A stretch of 63,247 nucleotides of DNA, the filler included, from Octopus bimaculoides (taxonomy: Eukaryota): the NCBI RefSeq assembly GCF_001194135.2. It is 4 parts of 4 records of this genome, joined end to end, with 100 filler letters (N's around TTAATTAATTAA, not from the genome) between each part and the next. Parts side by side here need not be neighbours in the genome. Positions count along the whole stretch, not along the records: positions 1 to 30,573 come from NC_069001.1; positions 30,674 to 52,311 come from NC_068984.1; 2 more parts are not named here. One strand, written 5' to 3'. Made by a program: the position numbers and the translations under genes. This document shows positions 25,025 through 38,240 of this stretch, one piece after another (position 1 is the stretch's first letter; every line of letters starts with the position of its first letter). The notes under the pieces are model-generated. The model saw only the letters and a program-made list of their open reading frames with translations, had not been told where the DNA came from and made no database searches.

Positions 25025-25105
25025 ACAGATGCTACCAATATAAAGAAGACCAATTTCTTGGCCCACATTCCATATTTTCTTTCACTGAAAAATAAAAGTA
25101 AATAA
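25025..25105 (+). CDS. EF-hand gene probable last coding exon (TDATNIKKTNFLAHIPYFLSLKNKSK*)
   Basis: Acceptor atttctcttattctccag, phase 0, stop TAA at 25103-05. The fourth EF-like position is degenerate. Confidence 0.7.
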   Translation, partial: TDATNIKKTNFLAHIPYFLSLKNKSK

Positions 25106-28049
25106 GGTTTATTAAAAAATACTGCTCGTTATATATTTTTTTCTCTCTCTTTGTTACTTTGTGAATGTCTGTGATTTGATAGTCTACTTTCTCCCTCTAT
25201 ATGTTGATCTTTATGTAGAGTCAACAGTATGACAGCCAGCTAGATGATATTATAACTGGGCAACAATTAGCTGGAGTAAATTCAGTGACTGGGAATGGTG
25301 TTGCTTTTTAGCTCCAAAATTGTCCCTGATCAAACAAGCCTTTTCAGTTATAACCATCCCAGTTTTTTTTTAAGATAAAGAATATATTGAANNNNNNNNN
25401 NAAAAAAAAAAAAAAAAAAAAAAGGGATGACCACAGCAGGAATATTTTTTATGAAATGTTTGCTCAGTCAGGTCTGACCTGGAACTAACCAATAACATCA
25501 ATTTTACCTCTATTTAATTGTACATCAGTGCGATCAAATAAAGAGTTCAAATAGTGGAGTGCAGCCCTCTCTGACTCTAGGTGTCTTGTCTTTGAGGCTC
25601 TGCTGGGTGAAGAGGGTTCATGACTACATGAATAATAACTTGATTCCAAGAGATAATTGAGGATTATATTATCTAATGTTCTCTTATTGTTTAGTTCCAA
25701 TTTGGTCAGCCTTGACTGAGGTCTATGATCAAATGCATCCCTGCTATGACCATTCTATTTTTTTCTTCTGGAATAGCATACTCTGAATTACATTATATGT
25801 GTCTTTTCCTTATAGTATGAAGTGATTGAAAAGAGATTTGGTTGTTAGGGAGGCTAAATGACTTATAGAGAGGCTCCTATGTTAGTTCAGTGTTGTAACT
25901 GTTATTGCAATAATATATTCTAGCAATAAACATGATATTCAATTACATTCTCATAAATTTTTCTTTTTAAGATGCTAAGGTGTTATTTGGGGAGGGAGTG
26001 GCTGCTATTTCTGGCAATTCCTGTTATCATATAGTGGACCCCCACCTCATTGGTTAGAGATAGTTTTCATTTTGATTGTTGTTTAGTTCTAGACTAGCTT
26101 TGATGCAGTGGACCTATGACCCAAGGAATTCTATCTGTAACCAGCACTATCCTTTGCTTAAGTATTTCATGTCAAGGTGCTTTCCAAGATAGTAAAGTAT
26201 GGTTTGAAGGATATTTGGCTATTATTTCAAGCAGACTGACTAGAGATGTTATTCAGTTGTTATTTGTTCCTTGTTGAACTCCAATTGAACACTTATGAAT
26301 GAAGGTATTCCAGTTATAATCTTAGTCTTTTTGGTTGAGCAATCATATAGAAGCTCTCTAGTTGTTTGTATCATTTATAACCTTAAAAATTCCCTGTCTC
26401 ATTTCAACTGTTATTCATTAATGGAATAAGTATTTCTGACTTAAGGCCACAACAGTTGGCACAAATCCTTCAGTTTCGAGGGGAGGAGGTTCATTAATAC
26501 AATCGACTTAAGTACTTGACAGGTACTTTATTTTATTGACTCTGAAAAAAATAAAATGTATAAATGGATATACTCTTATGAGATGCAATATCAATAAATA
26601 ACAGGTTGGCATAAATTCAAAAATGCAGTCTCCACATGATTGCACTACCTGTTGGAAATTGTAGCCAAATTTACCATAATGGAGTGGTTTGCGCCTGCTA
26701 GAAATAGCAAAAAAAAAAAAAAAAAAAAAAAANNNNNNNNNNNNNNNNNNNNNNNNNNNNNNNNNNNNNNNNNNNNNNNNNNNNNNNNNNNNNNNNNNNN
26801 NNNNNNNNNNNNNNNNNNNNNNNNNNNNNNNNNNNNNNNNNNNNNNNNNNNNNNNNNNNNNNNNNNNNNNNNNNNNNNNNNNNNNNNNNNNNNNNNNNNN
26901 NNNNNNNNNNNNNNNNNNNNNNNNNNNNNNNNNNNNNNNNNNNNNNNNNNNNNNNNNNNNNNNNNNNNNNNNNNNNNNNNNNNNNNNNNNNNNNNNNNNN
27001 NNNNNNNNNNNNNNNNNNNNNNNNNNNNNNNNNNNNNNNNNNNNNNNNNNNNNNNNNNNNNNNNNNNNNNNNNNNNNNNNNNNNNNNNNNNNNNNNNNNN
27101 NNNNNNNNNNNNTGTTTCAAGCACATTCTATGACCTTCTTCCATTTTTTATCACTCTGACATATTTTTTTCTTGCCTTTAACCCTCCAATGCGGAGTATA
27201 GGCCACTTATAATTAAATTCCATGTTGCATGATGTTTTTTAATATTTTTCTCCCTATAAACACATTTTATGGAATGGTGGTCCATTACTGAGATTTAAGC
27301 TACAAAAATTTTGTAATTTAAATTTTTAACCCCACTCTCCACACCAAGTGAGTCCGTGTGTGTGTGTGTGTGTCTATGTAAAAAAAAAACAGCTGAAAAG
27401 TATGTTATTTAAATAAATTATCTTTTACATAACTGTTTTCTAAACCACTGTGTTTTTTAAACCAGCAATACCTTCAGAGGGTCTCCAATATTTTAAAATT
27501 ATAAACAGAAACAAATGGGGGGAGATGAGGTGAAAAAAGTAAATTTTCCAAATTTTTTTTGTTTTTAATATAACTTTTCTATTTTTACTTACACACACAC
27601 ACTCATTTTAGTGCTGGGAGGTGGTGGGGGAAGAAACGAGGAATATACCAGGTGGTCGTAGGATGTGCTAGAGACAACAGCTAAATCTTCCTTAAATCAC
27701 GTTTTTTTTTTTACTGAAAAATTGGCCAAAATCAATCCAAATGGTGAGTGTGAAAAAATCATAAATTTTCAAAAAAATTGTTTCATACCCCCCCCCTATT
27801 TCTGCTCTAATTCTTGATCACTCTCTCTCTCTCTCCTCTTGCTCAATACCTGGCTAGGTAACCAAGTATTGTACATCTGTTTCTGTCCATTTTTTTGTTT
27901 ACTCTCTCTGGGCAGGTAACCATGTATCTCCTCTACAACAAGACACCTGTTTCTATGTCTGTAATACTCTGACCTTTCATCATCTGACACAAGATCACCT
28001 CCTTTAATGCCCCACTCAAAAAATTCTTTGTCTTGCAAGTTACCTGGTG

Positions 28050-28335
28050 ACCTTGCCACATAAAAAGTATCCAGTCTACAATGTAAAGTGGTTGACATTT
28101 GGAAGGGCATTCAACTGTAAAAACTATGTCAAGACTGAATCACCTGTGCTGGCGCCATGTAAAAAGCACTCAGCCCATTCTGTGGGGTGGTTGGTGTTAG
28201 GAAGGGCATCCAGCCATAAAAAAACCTGTGAAAACAGACACAGAAGTTTGCTGCAGTCTTCTACCTGACCAGCTCCTGTCAAACTGTCCAACCTATGCCA
28301 GCATGGAAGGTGGACATTAAACAATGATGATGATG
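28050..28335 (+). mobile_element. RTE-related 3' UTR/tail ending in (GAT)n
   Basis: gaagggcatccagcc...ccaacctatgccagcatggaaggtggacattaaacaatgatgatg. Confidence 0.8.
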
Positions 28336-28649
28336 ATATATGATGTCCCACATTATGACAATGTAACTTCATCATCTGTGTGACTGGCCCAAACAATGTA
28401 CCTCGCTGACTGTATTTCCTTTATTCGGTACACAGGCTGTAACACAGAGGCGACAGCACAAGGACAGACAAAACATTACAGTGGGGACAAGAAACACAGA
28501 ACAAACGAAAGAAGGATGGATAATAACAATGAGAATGAAATGGCTTGCCTGCTCCCCACTTGCATTTAAATGTTTTTCGTTTAACGTTTATAAATCAGTT
28601 CTTTTTTTCCCCCTTTTGCATGTTTTTAGTGATTTAAAATTTTTAAATA

Positions 28650-29870
28650 TTTACCATTTTATGTATGGCAACAGGTCATCATACTCTACTACTGGTGGCA
28701 AGTCGTTGAACTCGAGTGTACTCCCGTTAGGTCTATCTTCTTTCTGAACAGTTCTCATAGTCTTTTACATCTCTCGTCGTCAATAACAATTGCTTTGGTG
28801 CTTTCTGGATAGTATTCCATCGTTAGTTTCACTCTTATTACTGATTTCATTTTTGTAATTTTTCTTCTCTATCTTTTTCCTTTTTTGCATATGTTACCAT
28901 ATGCCATTCATGTTTTGGTTCTTTTTTTGTTTGTTTGTTTCTGTAGTCCCACTTGTTTTTCCGCATTGGCTTCCTTTGATGCTGCTGGTATCTCTTGTTT
29001 ACTCTTCTTTCTTTTCTTTAGTGGACGCTTTGGTGGTGAGTCCACATCTTCCTATTCACCACCGTATACTCCTCCTCCACCTTCTCTAGACACTTCTCAC
29101 TTCAGCATTTTGCTCTTGATGCTGTTGTTCCTTTTCACCTTTATCGTCATTCTGGGGACACTTTGCTCTCATGTGTCCCCCTACACCATACTGGTAACAG
29201 GTTGGAGATCTTCCCTCCACCACTACTCTCAATTTCACATCCTCTGGTAGTATTACCTCCTCCGCTATCTTAAGCAAATCTTGTAAACTGACTTGGATGG
29301 CCACTTTGAGAACATAGCCCCATCAGTTTACCTCCTTCATCTTCATCACATTCAACACCTTCACGTCCTCCTCCATATTATACAGGATGGCTGCCACCAG
29401 CCACACCTCTTCAATCTCCGAGGGTACTCTGCCAATCCTTACCTTGGCTACTCATTTGCCACAGTAAGCCAGCAGAAGTACCCACTCTGGTGTCCTTAGC
29501 ACCACAGTGGAGTAGTTTATCGCTTCTTGTTCACTAACGAACCTTACCTCCACTGTGCCGTATTTCCTCCCTCTCGTGTAAAATGTTGAGGCTTTTTACC
29601 TCCTTTAAACATTCCTCTATAGCCTCTACTGTGGCTATTTCTATTTTTGCAATGTCGTGGACAGCATTCTATACATCACTGTCTGCTTCATCATGCTCAC
29701 TGTTAAATTTTCTGGCGGTGTCAACCTCAAACTGGTTCCATCTGTCTCTATGAGTCTGTTGAACTCCTTCAATTTTCTATGCTCCATCTTTATCTCTCGT
29801 ACCTGCAACATGTCAGCTGTCAAACTTCTTCCAGTGGTTGAAGCATAGCTGCTGGCTGGAACATGAATGG
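28650..29870 (-). mobile_element. Non-LTR retrotransposon ORF1-like (gag-like) remnant with degenerate zinc knuckle
   Basis: LRVVVEGRSPTCYQYGVGGHMRAKCP (CX2CX4HX4C with one Cys lost). Upstream remnants include LRLTPPENLTV. Confidence 0.7.
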
Positions 29871-30440
29871 GAAAGAAAACGATTGTAATTTCACAGACAA
29901 AAACAGCAACAACAATTCAACAGTTTAACCATGGTATTCAGCAAGTAGGTTCACCCTTATGAGAGACCTTCAACAAGTATATAACAATTTAACTCACAGG
30001 GATCAAAAATGATTAAAAAACGCCAAAAATACCTCGCGGACTGACACTATATACTGAGTCTGTCCACTATTTATTAGTAGTGGATTAGCCCACTTCTTAC
30101 CTGGGGGCGTCTGCCACAGCACCTCCCCCTTTGAGATTTTTTTTCATTTCTTTTTCTTCTAACCAGAATTATTTTTCTCCTCTTATTTAGATTTTTTTCT
30201 TGTTCCACACAGAATTATATATATTACTAGCAGAGATATCCAGCGTTGCCTGGATTAAAGAAAATAATGAAATTTGAAAATGCCTTTTAGATCTCTAACA
30301 TGACACATGGATTATGCAGTTCTCAACAGTAATTAGCTGAGGTACAAATTATTAATGTCAATAACATATTTTGTCCAATGTTCTCACAGTTAAAATTATT
30401 AAAAAAAAACAGGTAGTTCTTTGTCTTTGCAATCATCATC

Positions 30441-30573
30441 ATCATCATCATCGTTTAACGTCCGCTTTCCATGCTAGCATGGGTTGGACGATTTGACTGA
30501 GGACTGGTGAAACCGGATGGCAACACCAGGCTCCAGTCTGATTTGGGAGAGTTTCTACAGCTGGATGCCCTTC
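30441..30573 (-). mobile_element. RTE 3' tail
   Basis: (CAT)n followed by cgtttaacgtccgctttccatgctagcatgggttggacg. Confidence 0.85.
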
Positions 30574-30714
30574 NNNNNNNNNNNNNNNNNNNNNNNNNNN
30601 NNNNNNNNNNNNNNNNNTTAATTAATTAANNNNNNNNNNNNNNNNNNNNNNNNNNNNNNNNNNNNNNNNNNNNACCCCTAGGGGTCAGCCACACTTAAGT
30701 GGCAATATACTACA

Positions 30715-30767
<53 letters not shown>

Positions 30768-30899
30768 ACTACAAATGCAAGAAGAGATATGCAAAGTAGA
30801 AGTACAGTAAAGTACTTGCGAGCGCGTATATTGTTTTAGTTGCTTGTGTAGCCACGAGCCTATATGTAAGATCCATCCATGACCTAGACTTATTTTCAG

Positions 30900-31080
30900 C
30901 ATGTAACACTTGAAGGAAAAGCGGGCTGCACCCCGCCCCCGCCTCCGGCTGGTGTTTATTACAGCTGAGTAAACTAGAGCAACGTGTGATGAAGTGTCTT
31001 GTTCAACGACATAATGCACTGTCGAGCCCAGTAATTGAAGTCACGTCTTTATGATCACGGGCCGAACAGCCTAGCTACTA
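30900..31080 (-). mobile_element. Decayed tRNA-derived SINE fragment
   Basis: The reverse complement resembles the 5' half of 40681-41010 (ctagtttactcagctgtaa; aacaagacacttcatcacacgttgctc). Confidence 0.55.
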
Positions 31081-31187
31081 TATTCTATTTTCATAGAATC
31101 AAAGGAAAAGATAAGAAGACACGTCAAGAAATTATCAGAGTGGCTTAACGCTGATTACTTAAACAGCATCAGAAGAAACGGCAACAC

Positions 31188-31233
<46 letters not shown>

Positions 31234-31529
31234 TGTTGTTGTTGTAATAGCTGTAGTAGTTGCATAGCTCCCCTATAATTTATTTAGGAAAAGGGAGTCA
31301 ATTTGGCACATCTACTTAACACCTTTTGTCATATTCCGATACATGTATTTAGAAGAAAATCACTTCCAACACATTTCTTGCTATTTTGTCTACTATATGC
31401 CCAACAATAACTGTCTGTCTGTCTACTTATACACACAGCACAGACTCACAAACATATACAGATATACACTCACATATTTGCATAGAAATGTGTGTAAAAT
31501 TTGTATGTTTTGGTAATACTATAAACAAA

Positions 31530-31560
<31 letters not shown>

Positions 31561-32467
31561 NNNNNNNNNNNNNNNNNNNNNNNNNNNNNNNNNNNNNNNN
31601 NNNNNNNNNNNNNNNNNNNNNNNNNNNNNNNNNNNNNNNNNNNNNNNNNNNNNNNNNNNNNNNNNNNNNNNNNNNNNNNNNNNNNNNNNNNNNNNNNNNN
31701 NNNNNNNNNNNNNNNNNNNNNNNNNNNNNNNNNNNNNNNNNNNNNNNNNNNNNNNNNNNNNNNNNNNNNNNNNNNNNNNNNNNNNNNNNNNNNNNNNNNN
31801 NNNNNNNNNNNNNNNNNNNNNNNNNNNNNNNNNNNNNNNNNNNNNNNNNNNNNNNNNNNNNNNNNNNNNNNNNNNNNNNNNNNNNNNNNNNNNNNNNNNN
31901 NNNNNNNNNNNNNNNNNNNNNNNNNNNNNNNNNNNNNNNNNNNNNNNNNNNNNNNNNNNNNNNNNNNNNNNNNNNNNNNNNNNNNNNNNNNNNNNNNNNN
32001 NNNNNNNNNNNNNNNNNNNNNNNNNNNNNNNNNNNNNNNNNNNNNNNNNNNNNNNNNNNNNNNNNNNNNNNNNNNNNNNNNNNNNNNNNNNNNNNNNNNN
32101 NNNNNNNNNNNNNNNNNNNNNNNNNNNNNNNNNNNNNNNNNNNNNNNNNNNNNNNNNNNNNNNNNNNNNNNNNNNNNNNNNNNNNNNNNNNNNNNNNNNN
32201 NNNNNNNNNNNNNNNNNNNNNNNNNNNNNNNNNNNNNNNNNNNNNNNNNNNNNNNNNNNNNNNNNNNNNNNNNNNNNNNNNNNNNNNNNNNNNNNNNNNN
32301 NNNNNNNNNNNNNNNNNNNNNNNNNNNNNNNNNNNNNNNNNNNNNNNNNNNNNNNNNNNNNNNNNNNNNNNNNNNNNNNNNNNNNNNNNNNNNNNNNNNN
32401 NNNNNNNNNNNNNNNNNNNNNNNNNNNNNNNNNNNNNNNNNNNNNNNNNNNNNNNNNNNNNNNNNNN

Positions 32468-32527
<60 letters not shown>

Positions 32528-33379
32528 TGTATGTTTCTCCGTCCCTCCTTCTTTGTGAGTATAAACATGTAAATATAGGGGCTAATATGAATACATGTGT
32601 GCTGGCATATATGTATACGCTCGTGAAAGAAAGCAAAATAAATAAATAAATAAATAAATAAAGCAAAAGTATAAGCATTATTTGCTGTTTAATTTGAACA
32701 TTAAAGGCTGGATTAAGTGAAAATATATCTACATAAATACATACAGACATCCAATCCTACACACATGTAGAAACATACTTACCCCTACACGCATATCTAT
32801 GCTTTTATATATGTATATATATGTATATATATGTGTATATATGCATACACATAAGTTTATATGCATATATATATGTGTGTGTGTGCATGTGTGTGTACTA
32901 GCGTGCATGCGCACACGCGTTTACGAAGTCGACTCGGTAATGAGTATGGCCTTTACTTGTTAAACCGCAAAGAGAAAATGACTCGTCCGCCTAGCTTATC
33001 ATTGTACAATTTTTGCTTCAGCTATTACATAAATGTCTCTTCTCAGTTAAATCCACTGCTGAATCAGCACGGCATTTGGCATTAAGTTGTCACAGGTTTA
33101 ACAGATATTTGTTCTTTTCGGTGGCAACGGTTTGTTATTAGATCGCTTTGGTCCCTAAAATTTTAAATAGCTAATAGGATCAGTTTTAAGAAGCAAAAGA
33201 AACTTAATCTCCACCCCACACATGCCCTTACACACACACGCGCGCGCGTAAAGGCACATAAATAAATAACATATATTGAATCTCCCATAAATAATACTTC
33301 TTTTTAATCTAAAATATGTTCTCATTTTTTTACAATGCTCTTCCATCTATCTGGTAGACTTGCAAAGCCCCTCTTCCAA

Positions 33380-33780
33380 AATTCACTGGCCCGGGCGAAA
33401 AATACTCCTCCAGTAGTGTTCTAACCTCATGAACAGAATTTATATATTTTTTCCATTCAAATGATTTTGAAGACTGCGGAATAAATGATAATCAGATGGA
33501 GTAATGTCTGGCGAATATGGTGGGTGGGACATCGTTTCTCATTCAAACTGCTCCAGTCTTTGGACTGTCATCCTCATTGTATGTAGCTGAGCATTATCCT
33601 GATGAAAGAACACCTTTCGTCTTGAAATCAAAGATGGTCGTTTTCCAATGGCATTCAGGTGTCGATGAATGGTTGAATGACCAAATCCAAGCTTCTCTGC
33701 TAGTTCCCCGCCCCCAAATTTGAGGCAGTGTCTGATGATTGTGCTGGGACATCAAACATGTTATAAAACAATGTTCTGCC
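33380..33780 (-). mobile_element. Tc1/mariner (maT/DD37D-like) transposase remnant
   Basis: Decayed equivalents of QQD.AP.H and PP.SPDLNP.D on the minus strand. Confidence 0.5.
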
Positions 33781-34559
33781 TATTCTGAGCACATGAAACT
33801 AATAGTAGCACTTAAATAATATTTATCTCTCAACTGATGGAGTACTTTTTTTGTTGAGCTTACCAGCAGGGAATAGTACACTATATATATATATACATAT
33901 ACATACATATATATATAATATATGTGTGTGTATGTATGTGTGTATATAAGTATGTATACATACACACTCATACATTATTTTACAGTGAAACAGTATACCC
34001 CTCCCGGTAGGTCGTCAAGAGAGGGTTCAGAGTCGAAGAGTTGAGAGTCGACAGTTTTAGTCGGTGTGTTGTGGAGCTATTAGCGAGAATAACACGAGGA
34101 GATATAACGGTATCCGATGACTAGTAACTATTGGGGCTACTAGCGTAAAACAGACACAGTACAACGACAGTCATATATCACATAAGTGGAAGGAACCCAT
34201 TTTACAACATATATATTGAGATACTTAGGTATGAATGCGCACACAAATTATATATGAGAGAAAATACCTCAAGAAAGCGTTTATATTTCAAATGCAATAC
34301 ACCCCTCGTACATGTATATGTATTCCCCACCAAGCACAGACACACAAATACATATATTATTTATGCATGAATATACAATTCGGTAACCTAGAACCGGAAG
34401 TGTATATATATATGTGTGTGTGTGTATGTGTGTATGTATAGATATACTTGTATATATGTATATATATATGTATATATATATGTGTGTATATATATTTATA
34501 TATATATATATGTATATATATGTGTATAGATATATCTATATATATGTATATATATATGT

Positions 34560-34800
34560 ATATGTGGAGCGTTGTTGAGAGAGAGATCAATGAGCATGCC
34601 CAGACCACCAATGATTCTTTGACAGCTGCCATAGTGAACGTAATCTCCAAAATGAACCAGGACCACTTGAGTCGAGCATGTAGATAATTTAGGTCCCATA
34701 TAGAAGCAGTTGTGAAAGCTGAAGGTGGCTTTATTGAATAACATTATAGAAAAGGTTTATTTTTATCCTCATAGCATTTTTTGATAGATAAAGTTATTAT
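34560..34800 (+). mobile_element. maT/Tc1-like transposase C-terminal remnant
   Basis: [59 protein letters not shown]. Confidence 0.75.
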
Positions 34801-34843
34801 CTGTTATTATATAGCTGTTTGTACACAAATCTCTGTACGCACA

Positions 34844-34911
<68 letters not shown>

Positions 34912-36366
34912 AACTATGAGAGGTTTAGTTAACTCGTGATCTAAACAAATAGGTCTGCTCTAATTGGTCATCTAGTGTAATTGTGCTATAAATGGTCATC
35001 CGTTAGGTTCCAGGTTCATAGCTGAATTGAGATACTCGTCCTGCCTAGGTTTTTGTTGTCCTTTTCCTCTAATGTACATATATACATACATACATACATA
35101 CATACATACATACATACATACATACATGCTTTCGAAACATGACTGTTATATAATACTGTTACTATATAAACATGAAGATTGCAGAAAATGCGACAATACT
35201 TCTTTTATCATGATATGTAATATTGTAAAATGGAGAAAAATACAAAAATTAAACTCGAAAATGAGACTATGTTGGAATTTCATTGACATATATTTACCAG
35301 TACATAATCTTAGGAACACACACACACAAAAACACACACATCTGTGTAAAACAGACGCACGCACATGTACACATATACACATACATATATATACTGATAG
35401 ATAAATATATACGTGTTTACATACAGACATACTTATACTTTGCGTCGCTAAAAAATCAGAAAGATTTAATGACGATACGCGCACGCCACATTAAATATAG
35501 TGTCTAAAAGAAACTTATATGAAATCTGTCTGTTTTTAAGTATCTCTCTTCTTCCTACCATAATCTCTTTAAATGACGTCATCATTAAATCAGCACCAAC
35601 ACCAGCTGCAGCAGTACAACCCCCCCCCCCCCACATCTCACTCTCACAAATAGTAATAATGAACAACAAACAACTGAACATGAACCAAAGCATCATCGCC
35701 NNNNNNNNNNNNNNNNNNNNNNNNNNNNNNNNNNNNNNNNNNNNNNNNNNNNNNNNNNNNNNNNNNNNNNNNNNNNNNNNNNNNNNNNNNNNNNNNNNNN
35801 NNNNNNNNNNNNNNNNNNNNNNNNNNNNNNNNNNNNNNNNNNNNNNNNNNNNNNNNNNNNNNNNNNNNNNNNNNNNNNNNNNNNNNNNNNNNNNNNNNNN
35901 NNNNNNNNNNNNNNNNNNNNNNNNNNNNNNNNNNNNNNNNNNNNNNNNNNNNNNNNNNNNNNNNNNNNNNNNNNNNNNNNNNNNNNNNNNNNNNNNNNNN
36001 NNNNNNNNNNNNNNNNNNNNNNNNNNNNNNNNNNNNNNNNNNNNNNNNNNNNNNNNNNNNNNNNNNNNNNNNNNNNNNNNNNNNNNNNNNNNNNNNNNNN
36101 NNNNNNNNNNNNNNNNNNNNNNNNNNNNNNNNNNNNNNNNNNNNNNNNNNNNNNNNNNNNNNNNNNNNNNNNNNNNNNNNNNNNNNNNNNNNNNNNNNNN
36201 NNNNNNNNNNNNNNNNNNNNNNNNNNNNNNNNNNNNNNNNNNNNNNNNNNNNNNNNNNNNNNNNNNNNNNTCTCTCTCTCTCTTTCTCTCTCTCTCTCTG
36301 TGCGTGTGTATACACACATATATTGTATATATTACATATATATATATATTCATATATATAAATATA

Positions 36367-36560
36367 TAGTGGCTGTGTGGTAAGTAGCTTGCTTACCAAC
36401 CAAATGGTTCCGGGTTCAGTCTCACTGCGTGGCACCTTGGGCAAGTGTCTTGTACTATTGCCTCGGGCCGACCAAAGCCTTGTGAGTGGATTTGGTTGAC
36501 GGAGACTGAAAGAAGCCCGTCGTATATATGTATATATATATGTGTATGTGTGTGTTTGTG
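36367..36560 (+). mobile_element. tRNA-derived SINE head of the microsatellite-carrying family
   Basis: gtggctgtgtggtaag (A-box-like) ... gggttcagtc (B-box-like) ... ggcaccttgggcaagtgtctt...cctcgggccgaccaaagccttgtgagtggatttgg, then (TA/TG)n. Confidence 0.85.
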
Positions 36561-38240
36561 TAGTAAGAGAAGAGCAGGTAAGAAAGGATTTTAGGGCTGG
36601 GCCGAGCAACTCTTCCTCAACAAAACTATCCTTAAGCAAAAGAAACAGCACTGCCGAAACCTGCTGACTGTCAAACTAGACTGACTCTTTTCCCCACTCA
36701 TGGAGAATAGTGTTGCTACGCGTTGCTACGGTTCCAGCTCCTGTAGTAAATGCCATTAAGAGGTTGAGAACAACATGGTCCTCAGAAATATCGTTAAGAA
36801 CTGAGGCTGGCACTATAGTCACTAACAGAATAAGGCTATCAAAAGAAATATTTCAAGATGACTGCTTATCTGTAATACTTTCCGCCCTAGCTGTGGATCC
36901 CTTGTTAGCCTTGCTAAGGAGATACAAAGGCAACATGATAGAGGCTGCAAATGAAAGATTGGCTTCATCCACGCCTTGTTTGTTGATGTCTCATGGCGTA
37001 CTTGAGTAATATTCATAATATTGAGAAGGAGTTAGACCCGGTCACAACATTCTCACGGGTAATAGTAGTGAAGTTTGGCCTGGAGAAGTGTTCCTATTTA
37101 ATTCTCAAACTAGGAAAGATTGTTGATCAGGCAGGGAACACAAATATCAATAGTATATCTATCTCCATTATCATTAGTGATGATTTATGCAAATGCACTG
37201 AAACTGATGAGAATACCGCATATGTTGCTGTTGTGAATACAGCTAGAATGACAAAAGAATTCTTCAGAAGATATGGAAGTTAGATTTGTTTGCATTCGAT
37301 AAAACAATACTCCGCAATGTTTTCGCAGTGCCAATGGCTAATATCAATATTTTGAATACTTGACTGGACACTTGAAGAAATCTGCAACTTGGACATAATG
37401 ACTAGAAAGATATTAACTATGACTAGAAGCTTCCATAACCACTGTGACACTGATAAGGTCTACTGTAAACAGAGGGATGTAGGCAGATATATAAGCCAGC
37501 CCGTGGGCCGTATGCGGCCCACGATGAGTTTCTAGGTTACTAATTTCACACTAAAACAAATAAAATTTCATACTAAGACAAATAAAATGAAGAACTGCAA
37601 AAAATTCTGTGTAAAGTGGGCAAGCAATATTTCATGCATACGTGTTTTATCATGCGGCCTTCTCCCGATGCGGCCCCCAGTTGACGAAAAGTGGCCCATC
37701 ATTAAGACAGCCTTTGAGTGTTCTATCGTGTCACTTAGACAACGCCTACTGAACAGTAAGGAGAAATGAGTGCAGCACATGGTAACTCTATAATAAAAGC
37801 AATAGCTTCATGAGATCAGTGGATCTCAGGAATAAATACTGTGAGAGTATAGTTTTCCTATGTGAACTAAGAACGGCTAAACTGATTGATTTAAACAGAT
37901 TTGGAAGAGAAACACTCATCATACTAGCAGAAAATTATGCATGAATACCTATCCCGCAGGCTGGAGAATACTAACGACATTGACAGGAATGGTAGTCTCT
38001 CCTTGACCTGCGATAAGTAAAACACAGCTGATCTAGAAATATATACTGTTGCCATCCAAGAACAAGAAATAGCTACTAAACAAAAGTGATACGGATGCAT
38101 TTAAACATCCACGCTGCGGTAGAAGGTGTCAATTATACCATACCTGTGTGATCAGTAGATGTTTCAAAATGTCTCCAAGATAGTACTTTCCTATGAGATA
38201 TGACACTGTTACCAAGACAATATACTTTCCACAAGAAAGA
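36560..38240 (+). mobile_element. R4/Dong-like (RLE-type) LINE remnant: RT and CCHC region
   Basis: Remnants of EQL.LNKTILK, IFQDDCLSVILSALAVDPL, VKFGLEKCSYL and AIQEQEIATK. Many stops. Interrupted by a MITE near 37495. Confidence 0.75.
37495..37720. mobile_element. Small hAT-like MITE
   Basis: cagcccgtgggccgtatgcggccc ... tgcggccttctcccgatgcggcccc: tgcggcc subterminal motifs typical of hAT/Charlie ends. Confidence 0.5.

Noticed and set aside
30618-30629. ttaattaattaa islands inside N runs (also about 52356 and 60353)
   Set aside because: An identical 12-mer flanked by Ns three times indicates a scaffolding or linker artefact, not biology.
31386-35507. YI/HT/CV/LS-repeat ORFs
   Set aside because: They are translations of (TA)n, (CA)n and (GA)n microsatellites.
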